Assembly (NCBI RefSeq): GCF_009914755.1
Contig: NC_060927.1
Direction: 5' to 3' (one strand)
From: the human T2T-CHM13v2.0 reference genome, Homo sapiens
DNA length: 64,000 nucleotides
The notes beneath the pieces were generated by a model. The model was not told where the DNA came from and ran no database searches. It saw only the letters and a list, made by a program, of their open reading frames with translations. Positions 12,185-25,192 of the stretch are shown here, in pieces; positions within the stretch are counted from its first letter, which is position 1, and every line of letters begins with the position of its first letter. A program made the translations under genes and the position numbers.

Positions 12185-12580
12185 CTGTGGATCAAAATTA
12201 TTGTTCTCTCTTTCATGGAATACAATTCTTGCTGAGAAGTGGCTGTCTAGCCTGGGACTGTATTTCCTTGCATAGAGGTGTGGTCACATGACTGAATTCT
12301 AGCCAGTTAGAATGTGAGAAGAAACAAATATTTAAGTTCTAAGCAAGAATTTTTAATAGGTGAGCCTTCACTGCTATTTTCCATCCATTGATTTGATGCA
12401 GAAGATGATGAGCTCTTAAGGGATGGCTGAACTACAAAACAAAGAATCTCTCCAACCTGAAATTCCACATGAATAAAAGCTGTCCATTAGTCAAAACTCT
12501 CACCTTGATAGTCATATCAGGGAGAAATAAATTCTGTTGGAAAATTTGTTATAGCAACTAGCACTATCCAAACTAATAAT
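12185..12580 (+). mobile_element. Old MLT1-type MaLR LTR (a similar fragment lies at ~11330-11600)
   Basis: TAGAGGTGTGGTCACATGACTGAATTCTAGCCAGTTAGAATGTGAG..GAGAAATAAA..TTTGTTATAGCAACTAGC. Confidence 0.5.
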
Positions 12581-12977
12581 CCCTGGAAAGATTGGGAAGG
12601 AGTCACTGGTGTAAGGCCATATACCATGGAGAGGACATTGGCTTTCATCTTGGAGGATAGATTGAAAAATGATATAATTTTAAGTATCAGAAAGACATTA
12701 TCAAGCTCTTGTTTTAGAAAGACTAAATTAGTGACATTGTGAGGAATGATTTGTATGATAGGAAAAACAAGCTGCTAGATCACTTTAGTTGCAATTCAAA
12801 ATCAAAATAATGTAATCCTGAACTAAAATAGTGAGGTGATGTTAAGTAAAATTAAAAAGGAGGGAGGTCTCTAAGGGATTTTAGAAAAAGAATAGACAAT
12901 GCTTGGCCACTCAATCAATGTAAGGGAGAGGAAGGAAGAGAATTGTCTTAAGAATGTTTCCACGTTGGGCAATTGAT

Positions 12978-12980
<3 letters not shown>

Positions 12981-13019
<39 letters not shown>
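12981..13019. repeat. (CA)n microsatellite inside L2-like sequence
   Basis: Seen directly. Confidence 0.95.
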
Positions 13020-13026
<7 letters not shown>

Positions 13027-14535
13027 GTATATATGAGGGAATGCAGAAGAAGATTTGGGGGGAGGGTCTGGTTAGATTAATTTAGTTTGAGAGGCTTATG
13101 GGACATCAAAGTGGGAAAAACTGATAGCTTATTAAGATAATCTTGCCTACCTCTTAGGAGTGAAACAGCTGTATGCACAGTAATTGAACCCATGGTTTAG
13201 ACAGAGCAACACTGCTGAAATGTTATTGCATGAAGAGGAGGTTCAAGTATGGGAAATTGGGACACCTATGTTTAAAGACCATGGGTTTGTTAACCTTTCC
13301 TAAAGCAAACTGAAAGGGAAGACCAAGAAAGATGTGTAAGAGAGCAGTGTGGTTTTTCTGAAACTAAGATGTGACAGACTTACATAAGGAAGTGATGAAT
13401 GGTGTCACAAATTGCAAGGAAATAAAAGAAATTGTAGCTGTCGTGGTCAAGTCCCGCCTCACAGTTCACATAGTATCATGTCCTTTTGTTTGCACCTAAT
13501 GACAGTGAAAGCGTGCTTACATATACCTTGTGGTCAAACACAGTGTCTAATTGACTATGCTCCCCATCGCCCAGTTCCATAAAGAAAAAAAAGTCAGTAA
13601 TCGGAAGATATATCCCACAATGTTATGCCACAATCTGAAGCCTACTGTGCCGATGCTATCTGGATGGAAAGAAAGTAGGATCTCACAGTGTAGTTTCTGG
13701 ATTTACTAAAGTAGTTATCATTTTTTCTTCAGGCAGGGGAGAGAAAGAGAGAGCATTCTTTTAGCCAGCAGGAAGGGAGTGAGCATGCTGTTGCATCAGG
13801 TTTCTCTGGGAGGAGGCACAGGCTGAATCTATCTATGAGCCTAGCCAGTTGCAGCTATGGTTTTATCAGGCACCACCTGATGAACTTGACGCCTTCATTT
13901 ATTCACTTTGCAAACAATTATCACTTACTACAAATCCAAACCTCCCAAACCAAACAGTTAGATTTGGGGCCTAAAGGTTTCTACTTATTTAGCCAATTGT
14001 TGAATGACCACCTTAAGAGACAAATATTATTAGGTTTAAAAGAAAAAAAGCTAGAAATCGAAGCAAAAAAAAAAAAAAAGAATTTTGATAGATTTCTTCT
14101 CACTTTTAGTTCAATATTTAAAAGTTTCTATGGGCTCTAACAATTAAAAGGCCACTACCAATTACAGAAAGGTCAATTTTATTTAAATAGTGGGGGTAGA
14201 AACTATATTTCAGTGGTTTGCAGAATAAAAGGGAAGATAATGAAATACAAACAAAAAATTTAGAATTTTTTTAAAGTTACTTCAATTACTATTAACCAAG
14301 CTTACTCAAAAGACATTATAGGCAAATATCATGATCACTAACCATAATAGGTAATGAAATCCTAAAAGGGGGATCACTTCACCACGAATCCAGTGAACTC
14401 AACATTTATTAATTGGAAACATAAATTTTCCTGGAGGTATCACAAGCAAAAAGAAGGGAAGAGGCATTTTAATATAAAGTTCCGAGACCACTTTGAAACC
14501 CTATTAACTGAAGATCCTAAGATTCAGATATGAGA

Positions 14536-14973
14536 TGTATTTGTCGGGGTTCTTCAGAAAATCAGGACCAACAGGAAGCATACAGATGATACAAAGGATG
14601 TATTGTGAGAGATTGGCTACTGGGATTGTGGAGGCTGAGAAGCTCCATAATTTGCCATCTGCAAGCTGGAGACACAAAAAAGCTAGTTGTGTAGTTCCGA
14701 TCCAAGCCTGAAGGCCTAAGAATCAAGGAAGCCAATGGTGTGGGTCCCAGAGTCTAAATGCCTGAGAACCACAAATGCTGATCTCTGAGGGCAGGGGAAG
14801 ATGGATGCCCTAGCAGAAGAAGAGAGGGCAAAATCACCTCTTCCTTTGCCTTTTTGTTTGACTTAGTCTATCCTTCAATGGATTGGATGTTGCCCACTCA
14901 CTTTGGTGAGAGAGACCTTTACTCAGTCTACTAAATGCAAACAATAATCTCTTTGGGGAATACCCTCACAGTC
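14536..14973 (-). mobile_element. MLT2 (ERVL) LTR, interrupted by MER21
   Basis: GGGTTCTTCAGAAAATCAGGACCAACAGG..TGTGGAGGCTGAGAAG..CCATCTGCAAGCTGGAGA..GGATTGGATGTTGCCCACTCAC; remainder (CACACCCAGAAA) after 15912. Confidence 0.7.
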
Positions 14974-15912
14974 TGTAAGAGATAGAAAAAACAATTTGTT
15001 TTTCCTATTCTCACACACTACTCAGCACTCAATTTCTGACAATGGATGTTTATGGGTTTTTCTTCACATGCCAAAAGGACACCAACTGGGTGTCCTGTAA
15101 TTCAACTCAATTCTTACACTGTCCACCTGGAGTTAGAGTCAGATCCTGCAAGTTAAGGCATCAGTCCCCAAAAAATGCCACCCCCACTTCTGATGCCAAT
15201 CATGAGCAATACGTTGTCACTTATATTTCTTACCAACAGGCTGTAAATCAGGTTCTCATGACCCACTCCTAGGTTTGACTAATTTGCTAGGATGGCTCAC
15301 AAAACTCAGGGAAATACTGTCATTTACTGATTTATTACATAAATGAAGGATATGATAAAGGATACAGATGGACATATGAAGAGATGCACAGGGTGAGGTC
15401 TAGGGTAGGGAGAATGGAGTTCCCATAACCTCTCTGAGTGTGTTACCCTTTAGGTTCCTACATGGATTCAGCAGTCCTGAAGCTCCCCAAACCCAGTCCT
15501 TTTTTTGGTGGCTTCATTATGCAGGCATGATTCACTAAATCATAGGCCATTGTTTATCTACTCAACTTTCAGCCTCTCTCCCTGTGTTCCCAGAGGTTAG
15601 AGGTTGGGACTTTAAAGTTCCAACCTTCTAATCACATGGTTGTCTCTCTTGGTAACCAGCCTCCTCCTGAGGCTATCTGGGAGCTCACCAACAGTTATCT
15701 CTTTAGAACAAGAAATGTTCCTATCATACAGTAAATTCCAAGGGATTAATGAGGGTCTCTGCATCAAGAACCTGGGTCAAAGACCAAGAATCTAGCAAGA
15801 GATGCACCTAACACTCCTATTGTTCAAGAAATTAAGAGAGTTTTAGGAGCTCTGTGCTGGGATCCAGGGGCAGAAATCAAATACGTACTTCTTATTACCT
15901 CACAATATCACA
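14974..15912 (-). mobile_element. MER21-family LTR
   Basis: GGACACCAACTGGGTGTCCTGTAATTCAACTCAATTCT..CCTGGAGTTAGAGTCAGATCC; ends TCACAATATCACA. Confidence 0.7.
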
Positions 15913-16178
15913 AATCACACCCAGAAAGAATTTTACCAAATTTGCTTTTACATGAACATTGATTTATATATCTACTTCTAGGATAAAATACATGAAAAAT
16001 AAGATGTTTTTATTCATGAAAGCTGATATGTACTTAGATTATTAAGCTTTAAATTAGATGGCTAAAATGATTTTGAAGAAGTAAAGTAGTTTTGATAAAT
16101 ATAGTCTGTATGTATTTGTAAGCACATCTATATAATTTTTAAAATAATAAACTTAATTTAAAACTCTTCCTTACAAAC

Positions 16179-16519
16179 ATGAGGGCAAGGAACACCTGGC
16201 TCACCCAGGGCAGAAAACAGCTTAAGGCATTCTTAAACCACAAACAATAGTGTGAGCTATCTGTGCCTTAAGGACATGCTCCTGCTGCAGATAACTAGCC
16301 AGAGCCCATCCCTTTATTTCCTGTAAGGAATACTTTTAGCAAATCTTATGACTGGCTTGCTGTCAATAAATATATGGGTAAATCTCTGTTTGAGGCTGTC
16401 AGCTGTGAAGGCTGTGAGACTCCTGATTTCCCACTCCACACTCTATATTTCTGTGTGTGTGTCTTTAATTCCTCTAGCACTGCTGGGTTAGGGTCTCCAC
16501 AACCAAGCTGGTCTTGGCA
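16179..16519 (+). mobile_element. MER9 (HERV-K9/HML-3) solo LTR, 5'-truncated
   Basis: GAGGGCAAGGAACACCTGG..GGACATGCTCCTGCTGCAG..GGGTTAGGGTCTCC..GCTGGTCTTGGCA. Confidence 0.75.
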
Positions 16520-16916
16520 TACGAATATTATTTTCATATGTATAATGTTAATACAAGGAAATAATAATAGCATGAAGAATTTGAAAAGGAAAATCACCAA
16601 TAAACTATTCTATATAGATGTCATTTACATAAGATGTTACTTAAAGTGAGAAATTAAGACAGCAATTTTCCAATGATTGCCTTCTAGTTTGTACTGTCTT
16701 AACATGTTCAAAAATTATGAAGTAGTAGGATGAAAAATAAAAAAGACTTTATTTATTGTGACTTAGTAGAAGACTCATGTTCAGTGTTCAGAATATGTTA
16801 ATGCTCATAAGGGACTAGTGCAATAGTGACATGAAGAACAGAAATGGCAAACTGCCAAATTGAGGTGATGATTCTAGGGCAATATGTCATATACCTAAGC
16901 TTTTCTTGAAGCTGCT

Positions 16917-17302
16917 TGCTATGGTTTGGATGTTTTCCCCCCAAACCTCATGTTGAAATTTAATCTCTAATGTTGGAGATGGGGCCAAAAGGAGGTGCTC
17001 AGGTCATGGGGGTTGATCCTACGTGAATGGGCTTTGTGCCATCCTTGCAGTAATGAGTGAATTCTCACTCTGCACTTCCCTCCTCTCTCTCTTGCTTCTT
17101 CTCTCATCATGTGATCTCTAGAAACACTGGCTCCCCTTCCCCTTCTGCCACGAGTGGCAGCAGCCTATAGCCCTCACCAGAAACAGATGCTGGCACCATG
17201 CTTCTTTTGCAACCTGCAGAACAGTGAGCCAAATAAACATTTTTTAAAATATATAAATTATTCAGTCTCAAGTATTCTTTCAGAGCGATGCAGTGGACTA
17301 AG
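16917..17302 (+). mobile_element. MSTB-like MaLR solo LTR
   Basis: TGCTATGGTTTGGATG..CTCATGTTGAAAT..GATGCTGGCACCATGCTT..GAGCCAAATAAAC..GGACTAAG. Confidence 0.8.
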
Positions 17303-18031
17303 TAATTTCTAAATTCAGATATTTCTAAAATGTTTGTGTTCAAACCAATGCTAGGCCCTTTAGGTCAATTTTATTTTTAAAGTGCAAAATTGTTAATTTG
17401 GCAAGGAAGTATGTAGAGTTAGACATATATATAAATAGAAGGCTAATTCTACAGATTATTGTTGTTTTCTTAATTACCTTTTTATTTTATAAAAGCTCTA
17501 TATATTACAAAGTAATAATAAATAGAACTTTTGTAAAACATGCAAATAATAAGAATTCCTAAAACCTTACCACATATTAATAACCTCTCAAACATAATGT
17601 GCTTCTTTCCAGTCTTCTCTGTGTGTGCAGTCTATTTGTATTTTTAATAAAATCACCTCAGACTGTTGATACAATTTACTTTCCTACTTTCCAATTATAC
17701 ATGACAATTGGATCCCTACAAATCTATTTCAAGGTTTGCATATTATTTCTTCTAATAATTATACCATAATATATTTAAGCATTATTATGATATATAACAT
17801 GGTGAGCAACCTTATACATCAAATATATGAGCATCTAGAATTATTTGTGTGAGTTAGAATCCTAGGAATAAAATTACTAGGTAATCAGTCCTGTAGTGAA
17901 ACAAAATGGAACTAGTGTACAAGGACAATGAAGAGTCTGGTATCTATTTTATCCATATAGGCTTGCAGATAGAATGCAGAAATAAATATGCAACAAACAA
18001 GCTTTCTATATTTCAGCAGTTAGCTTGGTGT

Positions 18032-18503
18032 TATGAAAATTGTCAGAATCAAAATGGAATCACTAATGACTCCATTGGGAAAATCCTGACAAATAAAGCC
18101 TGGAAAGGCCATGAAGAGAAGGTTCTCGTGCTTACATGCCTGATAGCAAAAAAAGACTCTACAAAACCACAACCTTGCACAAAGGCCACCACAACCTTAC
18201 ACAAAAAGTACTTCTGCAAAAAAGTCTGCCCAGCAACTGCCTGTCCAACCTCAGAATGGTGTTACCCTTCTTATTGATCTTTGTAGCCAAGGATAATTAT
18301 TTAAAAATATTTATGTCACCCTCATTTTTTTCCATTAAAAATTGTAATCCTCACTTTTTTTCCATTAAAAACCTTTGTCTTTCTTTACCTTCCTGAATAT
18401 GAGCATGGTTTACTACAGCAGGCATATTCTAATTGCAATGTTGTATTCTCAAATAAACATCTTGTCTTTTAGAGAGCCTCTCTCTTTGCTATTTATGTTG
18501 ACA
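18032..18503 (+). mobile_element. ERV1 solo LTR (MER65-like) with an internal ~35-bp tandem duplication
   Basis: TGAAAATTGTCAGAATCAAAATGG..CCACAACCTTGCACAAAGGCC..AATAAAC..GTTGACA. Confidence 0.65.
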
Positions 18504-18734
18504 GCAGTGCTACTAGTTTTAGGTAAAACATTTTATGGCATAGTCTGGGCTGATATTTAGCAGTTATGTGCCTGCATGCAAGTTATACAAATTTGTTGAC
18601 ACTTTTTTAGTGGTTTTTTTTTTTGTCATTGTTATTGCTGTTCTAACAAATTACCACAGATTCAGCAGCATGTAACAACACAAATTTGTTGCCTCACACT
18701 TCTGTATGTCAAAAATCTGGGTAGGCTTGAGTGG

Positions 18735-19311
18735 TGTTATTAGTCAGGGTTCTCTAGAGGGACAGACCTAATAGGATATATGTACATATATGAGAGGGAC
18801 TTTATTGAGGTGAATTGACTCACACGATAACAAGGTAATTGAGGTGAATTGACTCACACAATAGGCCGTCTGCAAGTTAAGGAGTAAGGAAGCCATTGGT
18901 GGATCAGTCCGAGTCCCAAAATCTCAAACATAAGGAAGCTGATAGTGTAGCCTTCAGTCCTTGACCAATGACCCGAGAGCTCCTGGAAAACTATTGGTGT
19001 AAGCCCAAGAGTCCAAAAGCTGAAGAATTTGGAGCCTGATGCTCGAGGCAGTCTGATGCATCCAGCACAGGAGAAAGATGAAAGCTGGAAGACTCAGCAA
19101 GTCTGCTCTTCCATCTTCTCCTTCCTGCTTTATTCTGGTTGTGCTGGCAGCTGATTAGATGGTGCTCACCCAGATTGAGGGTGGATCTGCCTCTCCCAGT
19201 CCACTGACTCAAAAGTTAATCTCCTTTGGCAACACGCTCACAGACACACTCAGGAACAATACTTTGCATCCTTCAATACAATGAAGTTGACCATCAATAT
19301 TAGCCATCATA
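18735..19311 (-). mobile_element. MLT2A (HERV-L) solo LTR inserted in an older MLT1 LTR (~18630-19750)
   Basis: TTAGTCAGGGTTCTCTAGAGGGACAGA..GGCAGCTGATTAGATGGTGC..AATATTAGCCATCATA; TSD AGTGG/AGCGG. Confidence 0.8.
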
Positions 19312-20293
19312 AGCGGGTTCTCTGATCCGGGTCACATGAGATTGAAAGCAGGTCTTGGTCAATTGGGCTCTTATTAGTGGGAAGCCCTGGAAAGAATCCA
19401 CTTCCAAACTCCTTTAGGTCGTTGGCAGAATCCATTACCTTGAGTATGTAGAACTGATGTCCTGGCTTCCTTGCTGGTTGTCAGCTGGGGAACCATCCTT
19501 AGCGCCATAGGGACCCCTGCATCTCAGGGCCAGCGATTTGTCTGACCTCCATCTCTGATGCAACTTTTTGACTGCCTCATCTGCTATTTAGGCCTCGTGT
19601 GATTACATTGAATCCCCCCTGGATAATCCAGAATGCTATTCCCATCTTAAGGTCAACTGATTTGTAGCCTTAGTTAAATCTAGACTAGTGTTTGATCAAA
19701 TAACCAGGGTAAGGAAAACTTGGAATGAAATCTTTAGAATTCCATCAATCACAGCATCTATTCTAATTGCTTGGCTCCCATGCCATCCCAGTGATAATTT
19801 TGGTTATCATTCCTGAAAATAATCTAATCCTGATAGCAGTAAGATATGTCAGAACCTTGGTTGTCAGCACTATTCCTCTACTCAGCATTCATGCTTGAGG
19901 GAGAACCAGTTATAATCCTGGTATGACTAGGTATTGAACTCCATTGCAATTGCAGCTGTTTCATCATATGGATGGTTCTGAGTCGCCCTCAGCATTCTAT
20001 CAGAAGTTCCGCAAGCTAACTCCTTATCTTGGAGGCCAGGTCCTTAAGAATCAATCAAGATAAACTTTACCATCTGTCTTGCCTATAAAAATGCTTGTTT
20101 GAAGTCCTGAGATTTGGAAAAATGGTGCTTTTTTGGTGCTTAACCTAGTTCTCACAGGTAATAATTTGATACAGGTCTGCAGTAGCTCCAAATGACCCCA
20201 AAAGCTATCAGTGTCATATGCTGTGGAAATACTTATTTTGGATTAGAGTTTGTGAAAATTCAGAATCCATTTTTTGGAGAAGACTTGAGACCT

Positions 20294-20359
20294 TAAAAAC
20301 ATCTCATTTACCCCATAAATATACCTACTATGTACCCACACACACACACACACAAAACC
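20294..20359 (+). mobile_element. Tiny 5'-truncated L1MA 3' end with a (CA)n tail
   Basis: ACATCTCATTTACCCCATAAATATACCTACTATGTACCCAC, also seen at 63900-63945; flanked by CTTGAGACCT at 20284-20293 and 20360-20369. Confidence 0.7.
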
Positions 20360-20473
20360 CTTGAGACCTGGAATAACCATAGAATATGAGTTACAGAGGG
20401 ACCTCCCAAAAGAAGTGCATTATCTCCCATTATGATAGAGCTGAGTCACCTTTGCAAAGTACTTTGAGAACTC

Positions 20474-22845
20474 TGTATTAGTCCATTTTCAAAATGCTAT
20501 AAAGAACTTCCCAAGACAGAGTAATTTATAAAGGAAAGAGGTTTAATTGACTCACAGTTCTGCAGGTGGGGGAGGCCTCAGGAAACTTACAACCATGGTG
20601 GAAGGTAAAGGGGAAGCAAGGCATGTCCTTCACAAGGTGTCAGGAAGGAAAATGAATGTAGGAGGAACTACCAAATACTTATAACACCATCAGATTTTGT
20701 TGAACTCACTCATTATCATGAGAACAGTATGGGGGAAACTGCACCCATGATACAATTACCTCCACCTGGTCTTTCCCTTGTCATGTGGGGATTATGTGGT
20801 TTACGGAGATTACAATTCAAGATGAGGTTTTGGCTGAGGACACAGCTAAACCATATCATTCTACCCCTGATTCTACCCCTGGCCCCTCTGAAATCTCATG
20901 TCCTCACATTTCAAAACACAATCATGCCTTTCCAACAGTCCCCCAAAGTCTTAACTCATTCCAGCATTAACCAAAAGATCCAAGTCCAAAGTTTCATCTG
21001 AGACAAGGCAAATTCCTTCTACCTATGAGCCTGTAAAATCAAAAGCAAGTTAGTTACTTCTTAGATACAATGGGGATACAGGCATTGGGTAAATACACCC
21101 TTTTCAAATGGGAGCAATTGGCCAAAATAAAGGGGCTACAGACCTCATGAAAGTCCCAAATTCAGAGAGGCAGTCAAATCTTATAGCTCCAAAATCTCAC
21201 ATCCAGGTCATGCTGATGCAAGAAGGAGACATTCACAGCCTTGGGCAGCTACACCCTTGTGGTTTTGCCGGGTACAGCCCCCCTCACAGCTACTTTCACA
21301 GGCTGGCATTGACTGCCTGTGGCTTTTCCAGGTGGACAGTACAAGCTGTCAGTAGATCTACCATTCTGGGTTCTGGAGGACAGTGGCCCTCTTTTCACAG
21401 CTCCACTAGGCAGTGCCCCAGTGGGGGCTCTGTGCAGGGGTTCCAACTCCCAATTTTTTTTTCACACTGCCCTAGCAGAGGTTCTCCATGAAGGCTCCAC
21501 CCCTGCAGCAAACTTTTGCCTGGATATCCAGGTGTTTCCATACATCATCAGAAATCCAGGTGGAGGTTCCCAAACCTCAATTCTTGACTTCTGTGTACCT
21601 GCAGGGCCAATACCAAATGCAAGCCTCCAAGGCTTGGGGCTTGTACCCTCTGAAGCAATGGCTTCAATTGTATGTTGGCCCCTTTTAGCCACAGCTGGGA
21701 CACATGGAACCAGCTTTTGAGACTCCACAAAGCAGTAAGGTTCTGGGCCCAGCCCGTGAAACAACTTTTTCCTCCTATGCCTCCAGACCTATGAAGGGAG
21801 GGGCTGCCATGAAGACCCCTAACATGCCCTGGAGACATTTTTCCCATTGTCTTGGCGATTAACATTTGGCTTCTTGTTACTCATGCAAACTTCTGCAGTC
21901 TGCTTAAATTTCTTCCCAGAATTTGGGTTTTTCTTTTCTATTGTATGATTGGTCTGCAAATTTTCCAGACTTTTATGCTCTGCTTCTTTTTTAAACATAA
22001 GTTCAACTCCAAACCATCTTTTTGTGAATGCTTAAAACTGAATGCTTTTAACAGCACCCATGTCACATCTCAAACCCTTTGCTGCTTAGAAGTTTCTTCT
22101 GCCAGATACCCTATATCATCTCTTTCAAATTCAAAGTACCACAGATCTCTAGGGCAGAAGAAAATTGCCACCAATCTCTTTGCTAAAGCATAGCAAGAAT
22201 CACCTTTATTCCAGTTCCCAACAAGTTCCTCATCTCCATCTGAGAGCACATCAGTCTGGACTTCATTTTCCGTAGCACTATCAAAGCCATTCCACAATTC
22301 TCTAGGAAGTTCCAAAGTTTTCCACATCTTTCTGTCTTCTGAGCCCTCCAAACTGTTTCAACCTCTGCCTGTTACCCAGTTCCAAAGTCGCTTCCACATT
22401 TTCGGGTATCTTTTAAGCAGTACCCCACTCTCTGTGGGTACCAATTTACTGTATTAGCACATCTTTCACACATAAAGAACTGTCCATGACTGAGTAATTT
22501 ATAAAATAAAGAGGTTTAATGAACTTACAGTTCTGTATAGCTTGGGAGGCCTCAAGAAACTTACAGTCATGGCAGAAGCGTGAAGGAGAAGCAAGACACC
22601 TTTATCACAAGGCAGCGGAAAGGAGAATGAACCCAGGAGGAAGTACTAAACACTTATAAAACCATCAGATCTCATGAGATCAGGAAAACAGCATAAGGGA
22701 AACTTTTTCTTTGAGAGAAACAGCATAAGGAAAACTGCCTTCATGATTTAATTACCTCCACCTGGTCTCTCCCTTGACATATGGGAATTATGGGGATTAC
22801 AATTCAAGATGAGATTTTGGGTGGGGACACAGTCAAACCTTATGG
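20474..22845 (-). mobile_element. Full-length THE1D-like MaLR provirus (LTR 20474-20858, internal, LTR 22450-22845)
   Basis: Two THE1 LTRs around a THE1 internal region; perfect TSD AACTC at 20469-20473 and 22846-22850. Confidence 0.9.
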
Positions 22846-22870
22846 AACTCTTTTACAAATTATATATAGT

Positions 22871-23172
22871 TTTTTTTTTGTTTTTTTTTTTTTTCACAAA
22901 ATCTCACTCTGTTGCCCAGGCTAGAGTGCAGTGGCATGATCATGGCTCACTACAGACTCAACTTCCCAGGCTAACTGATCCTTCCGGCTTAGGCTACCAA
23001 CACCTGGGACTAAAGATGTGGTCCATCATGCCCATCTAATTTTTACGTTTTTGGTAGAGATGGGGTTTCATCATGTTGCCCAGGCTGGTCTTGATCTGGT
23101 GGGCCCAAGAGTTCTGCTCACCTTGGCTTCTCAAAGTGCTGGGATTACAAGCATGTGTCCATCACACCCAGT
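22871..23172 (-). mobile_element. AluJ
   Basis: Poly-T then diverged Alu reverse complement. Confidence 0.85.
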
Positions 23173-23224
23173 GTATAATTCTTTTTCATAGAAGAAATTA
23201 AATATTTTATTTTGAAAAAGAGTA

Positions 23225-23555
23225 CAATTGTCTCTTGGAATCCTTGGGGGAGTGGTTCCAGAACCTCCCTCAGATATCCCAGTTTGTGGATGCTTAAGTC
23301 CCTTATTATGAAATGGTCTTGTATTTGCATGTGATCTACAAACTTTTTCCTCTACACTTTAAATAATCTCTAGATTATTACAATATCTATTAAAATCCAT
23401 ACGTTTTACTTCATTTGTGTGGATTCTACATAGTACTTGGCAAAGCAAATTCAAGTTCTGGTTTTTGAAGTTCTATTACATTATTTTTTTCTGAATATTT
23501 TTGATCTGCACTTGGTTGAATCCACAGTTGCAAAACCCAGGAATCCAGGGGGAAA
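23225..23555. mobile_element. MER2-type Tigger derivative
   Basis: GGGGAGTGGTTCCAGAACC..GGATGCTTAAGTCCCTTAT..TTGGTTGAATCCACAG. Confidence 0.7.
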
Positions 23556-23623
23556 ATCGCCTTCATGAAATATGAAACAGAGCATAAAAGCTACCAAGAT
23601 TAGCTCCTTCCGAATCAGAGCAG

Positions 23624-23996
<373 letters not shown>

Positions 23997-24220
23997 TTAA
24001 ATTTAATTTTCTCTTTTATTCTCTTTCTTTCTCTCTTCCTCCCTCCCCCTTTCATTTCTTTTCTTCCTTATTTTTCTCCTGTTTTTTTTTTTTTTTTTTT
24101 GATTAAATTTCTGGCAGGTTTTCTCAATTTATCTTTCTGACACTAAATTAATTTTAAATTTTAGTATCTTATTTTCATCTCCCCCTGCCTCCCCCAAATA
24201 TCCTTTTAAAAAACAGTTTT

Positions 24221-24548
<328 letters not shown>

Positions 24549-25192
24549 TTATATTCCACAAGATATTATTATCTTATTAATTGGGATTTTTCCCCAATTT
24601 TTTTTCTTGCTACTCGCAATGTCTCTGTTTATTTTATGTTTTGATTTTTGTTTTTCTGAGGATTTTCTTAAATGTCTGGGGATTTTCAGATAGTATATTT
24701 ATATTTATGCCAGAGGAAGTAAAATAGCAGATCTCAGCAGCAGGGCTTGCCCATCAATTTTCCACACTATATGGTGATTTGTTTAAAATATGATTTTTTG
24801 AGGTATTTCCAAAATTTGTAGAGGTTTCTTTTTGTTCTTTAACTATTTAATTTCTCCACAGAACATTTTTTATGTTCTATTACCAGTTTTTTTTGGTCTC
24901 CTAGAAATATCATCAGAATAGTGAATATGTATTATTTAGTCCTCCCAGGTGTCAACCAATGAATAACCTGTTTATCTATTGAGTAGACATAAAATTTGGA
25001 AGTTAATACAACTTAAGATTTTGTTTTTAAGTTACTGAGTGACACTCATATTTTGATATTGCCCAAACCCATTTTATGTTTTATAATATATGTTATATTT
25101 ATGTGTTCCAAATTCTAAAACTACAGTTTAGATATTTTACTACTGAAGAAAAAATAATAATAGTGTTTGTAACATCCAAGATGTAATATCAC

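Noticed and set aside
13440-13660. RUNX-like GTGGTC/CCACA cluster as an enhancer
   Set aside because: Short degenerate motifs that I cannot distinguish from chance without chromatin data.
19152-19162. DUX4 site in the MLT2A LTR
   Set aside because: Reads CCATCTAATCA on the minus strand; the TAAT half-site is missing.
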